From Eledone cirrhosa (Eukaryota): a stretch of DNA of 64,000 nt. Positions 61,232 through 64,000 of this stretch are shown here, one piece after another (within the stretch, counting starts at the first letter, position 1; each line of letters starts with the position of its first letter). The notes beneath the pieces were generated by a model. That model saw nothing but the letters and a program-made list of their open reading frames with translations, had not been told where the DNA came from and ran no database searches. Position numbers and translations under genes: made by a program. Where the stretch lies: the NCBI GenBank assembly GCA_964016885.1, contig OZ024745.1, positions 104,966,001-105,030,000 on the forward strand. Direction: 5' to 3'.

Positions 61232-63109
61232 GTATTTAAATATTTTTTTTAGGATTCTTTCTTCACTTTTTATGATAAATAAATTTATTCCATGTGTAAC
61301 AGTTTCATATAAATTTAGAAGATTTCTTCTCATTTTTACAAAAAAATCAAAACAAAAGAGGAAATTACATATAAGTGATATATGAGGAATGTTGTGTGTT
61401 ATGATGTTCACAATAAAACAAAGAAATAAAAAGACAATGACAAGAAAGGAACTAATATGATACTAGTTGATTGTTTAACAGAGCTGTTGTAAGTCAAAGA
61501 TATTTGACTTAAAGGAGTTTAAGTAATAAATTTGATAAGAGAGGACAGTCTATGGAATGGCTCTTCTAACGCATCTCCATCACCGTCGTCTGTGGAAATG
61601 CCTTCTCTATTCTGTCCGCCAGGGCTTATAATAGTGAGAGATGGGAAGGGCAAGAGAGACAGAGGTGATGACAGTGGGTGTTTGGCTCCTCTGTGTTCGG
61701 ACCTAGTATGCATGTGTGTGTATGTTTACTTCTATTTATTTGATATTATATGCTTGGTTAAGTCATAGTGTTATGATTCTAATTAATAAGAAGTAAAATA
61801 AATATTGTTCAAACATTTATTAAAAAACAAAACATTGATTACATATGTTCTGACCTCTAATTTATCCCACATACTTGTGTGTATGAATGGAATCAATTAT
61901 TTCCCCAGTTGATGATTATGGATATCCATTAATGAGGGATCAGCCTTATAGATATGTGGAGAGCAGCTGGTATAATTTATTATATTGACCTCAGTTCTAA
62001 ACTAGTACATATATTATCAACTTTAAAAACAATGAAAGGCAATGTTAATCTCAATAAGATTTTTTTTTAAATGATCGCTTAGCTAGAGGAGAAAAGACAG
62101 CATCAATGTTCCTTTTTAGAGTCTTTGATAAAGAGATAAGGGAGGAAGTTATCTTCAGACAAACATTCTGTTCTGAATGCTTGCTGCAGAGTAACAGCTA
62201 GTGAAAATATCAACTCTACTGTAACTATTAGTCAATGATCATGTGGTCTTGAACTGAGTGATGGATTAAGTCTACCCTACAAAAACTGGAATACTCTTTT
62301 GGACAGACTTCCACACACTTTCTGTTTTTGCAGAAACAAGGCCAAAATGAAATGTATAAGCAAGATGCAGTTCTCTAACTTGCATGCCTAGTCTCAGAAT
62401 ATGACACCCATCTAACTTATGCAAGCATGAAAAATAAGTAGAAAACAGTGAAGATATTTACACACGCACACATCCTTATCATCACCATCCCTGTTTAACC
62501 TTTATTGTTTATTTTCCAAGCTTACATGGGTTAGACAGATTGTCATGTTTTGAGACTAGAGTGTTCAGGTGGCCATGTTTTACTCATATGTTCCATTCTT
62601 GGCTTGCTTTCTATAACTGGATGCCCTTCCTAATGCCAACCACTTTACAGCCAGTGTTTGGGAGCATTCTACCATGGCACCAGCATTAGCACCTTACAGG
62701 GTGGATTGGGTGCTTTTTATTATGGCACTAACACCACCTCATTACAGCATTAGGGCATTTGTTGTTGGTCACACCTGAGAAAGCAATGATGGAATGCCTT
62801 CTGAGTCCAAATCCTGCTGAGGTTAGCTTTGCCTTTCATCCTTATGGGGTTGATAAAATAAAGTACCAGTAACACACTAGGTTCAATAGTGTTGTTTTCT
62901 GTTATTTTTAAGGAAGGAGCAGTAGATTATCCAAGTCATTACAACATCGGACAAAATGCTCTATTTTCAAAACCTTCAATTTAATTGACTTGCTCTTCCT
63001 CAAAATTACTGACCTTGTTCCAATGCTAGAAAGAATTATTTCTAAAGAAATATCGTAGTGAAAGCGGAAGAAACCAATATTCCATTGAAGAGATGTTATA
63101 GACATTTAA

Positions 63110-63300
63110 GACACAGATACACAAACACACAAACACACAAACACACACTCACATATATATATATACACTTACATACATACACACACACATGCACATGCGC
63201 ACACAAACACACGCATACACAAATACGCACAAACAAACACATACACACACATACACACATGCATATATATATGTGTGTGTATATACATACACATATGTAA
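63110..63300. repeat. Degenerate (CA)n microsatellite
   Basis: Visible tract. Confidence 0.9.
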
Positions 63301-64000
63301 GAGACAGACAAGAAAGGACTGTTCTGAAAGAGAGAGATGACATGGAATTAAGACATACTTATAACTACCAGAGAAAGGACTAATAGTTACAGTGGAGTTG
63401 ATATTTTTCACTAGCTGTTAACTGTGTAAAATAGTTTTAGGGGCATTCTATAAGCTTGCACAGTATGATGAGAAGAAATGAAGCTCTGTTATGACTCCAG
63501 GCAGAATGGTAGGGCATGAATGATTCAAGCCATTTTCATCAGGATTTATGTCGAAAGAAGGCAACTCATAAAAGTCTTCTGGCAAAATAGTTTAACAGAA
63601 TATTTTCTCCAACAGAGTACAGAAAATTATATGGGCAGTTTATAAGCATACTACTAATTAATACAACTATTAACAGATGAATCGGTGATAAATGGTTGTT
63701 GTTGCTGATGCTGTTGTTGTTGTTATTGCTGTTGCTGCTGCTCATATTGTTGTTGTTGTTTAGCCTTGTACATAAATTTGAAACAATTATTATTTCCAAG
63801 TGTATACACACACACACACACGTGTATATTTTCAATTTATTTCAATATGGTAATATAGTCTTTACAGAAATATGTATGATCATAACTGATGCTATTATGT
63901 ATGTGGATTGGATTCAATGTCATATAATTTCACAATTCTTTATGATTAAAGGGAAGAGCTAGAACAAGCACATGAAAAATACTTGGAAAGTCTTGACAAC

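Noticed and set aside
61046-61411. 121-aa minus-strand ORF
   Set aside because: Antisense shadow of TTLL exon E
61232-64000. A further TTLL exon after exon E, or one before exon A in 1-5910
   Set aside because: No frame with the expected motifs (FPRTW upstream, GGFRRIYP-like downstream) was found; neighbouring exons probably lie outside the window

Overview
AT-rich, microsatellite-dense animal DNA, not prokaryotic. The SINE/LINE repertoire suggests a coleoid cephalopod such as Octopus (inference). The window lies wholly inside one + strand host gene, a TTLL6/TTLL13-type tubulin polyglutamylase. Five internal, phase-compatible coding exons are visible (5911-6067, 19509-19652, 27902-27987, 36360-36585, 61050-61231; 795 nt, about 1.2% of the window), separated by 8-24 kb introns. 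The introns hold two minisatellites at the start (61-bp and 41-bp units), a 29-bp minisatellite next to one exon, a near-full RTE LINE, a young Tx1/L1-clade LINE, two Penelope-like elements (one Naiad-type GIY-YIG), CR1/Jockey- and CRE-like remnants, two tRNA-derived SINE families, hAT/piggyBac/Tc1-mariner MITEs, a non-autonomous Helitron and long simple repeats. The most interesting unexplained signal is a set of minimal hammerhead-ribozyme motifs (24334, 52786, 56181-56663, 56803, 57151). Two have the compensatory U3-A8 core, and one ends exactly at its predicted cleavage site. The best-preserved cores are antisense to the host gene, while every sense-strand copy is crippled. Most ORFs in the supplied track are microsatellite or repeat artefacts.
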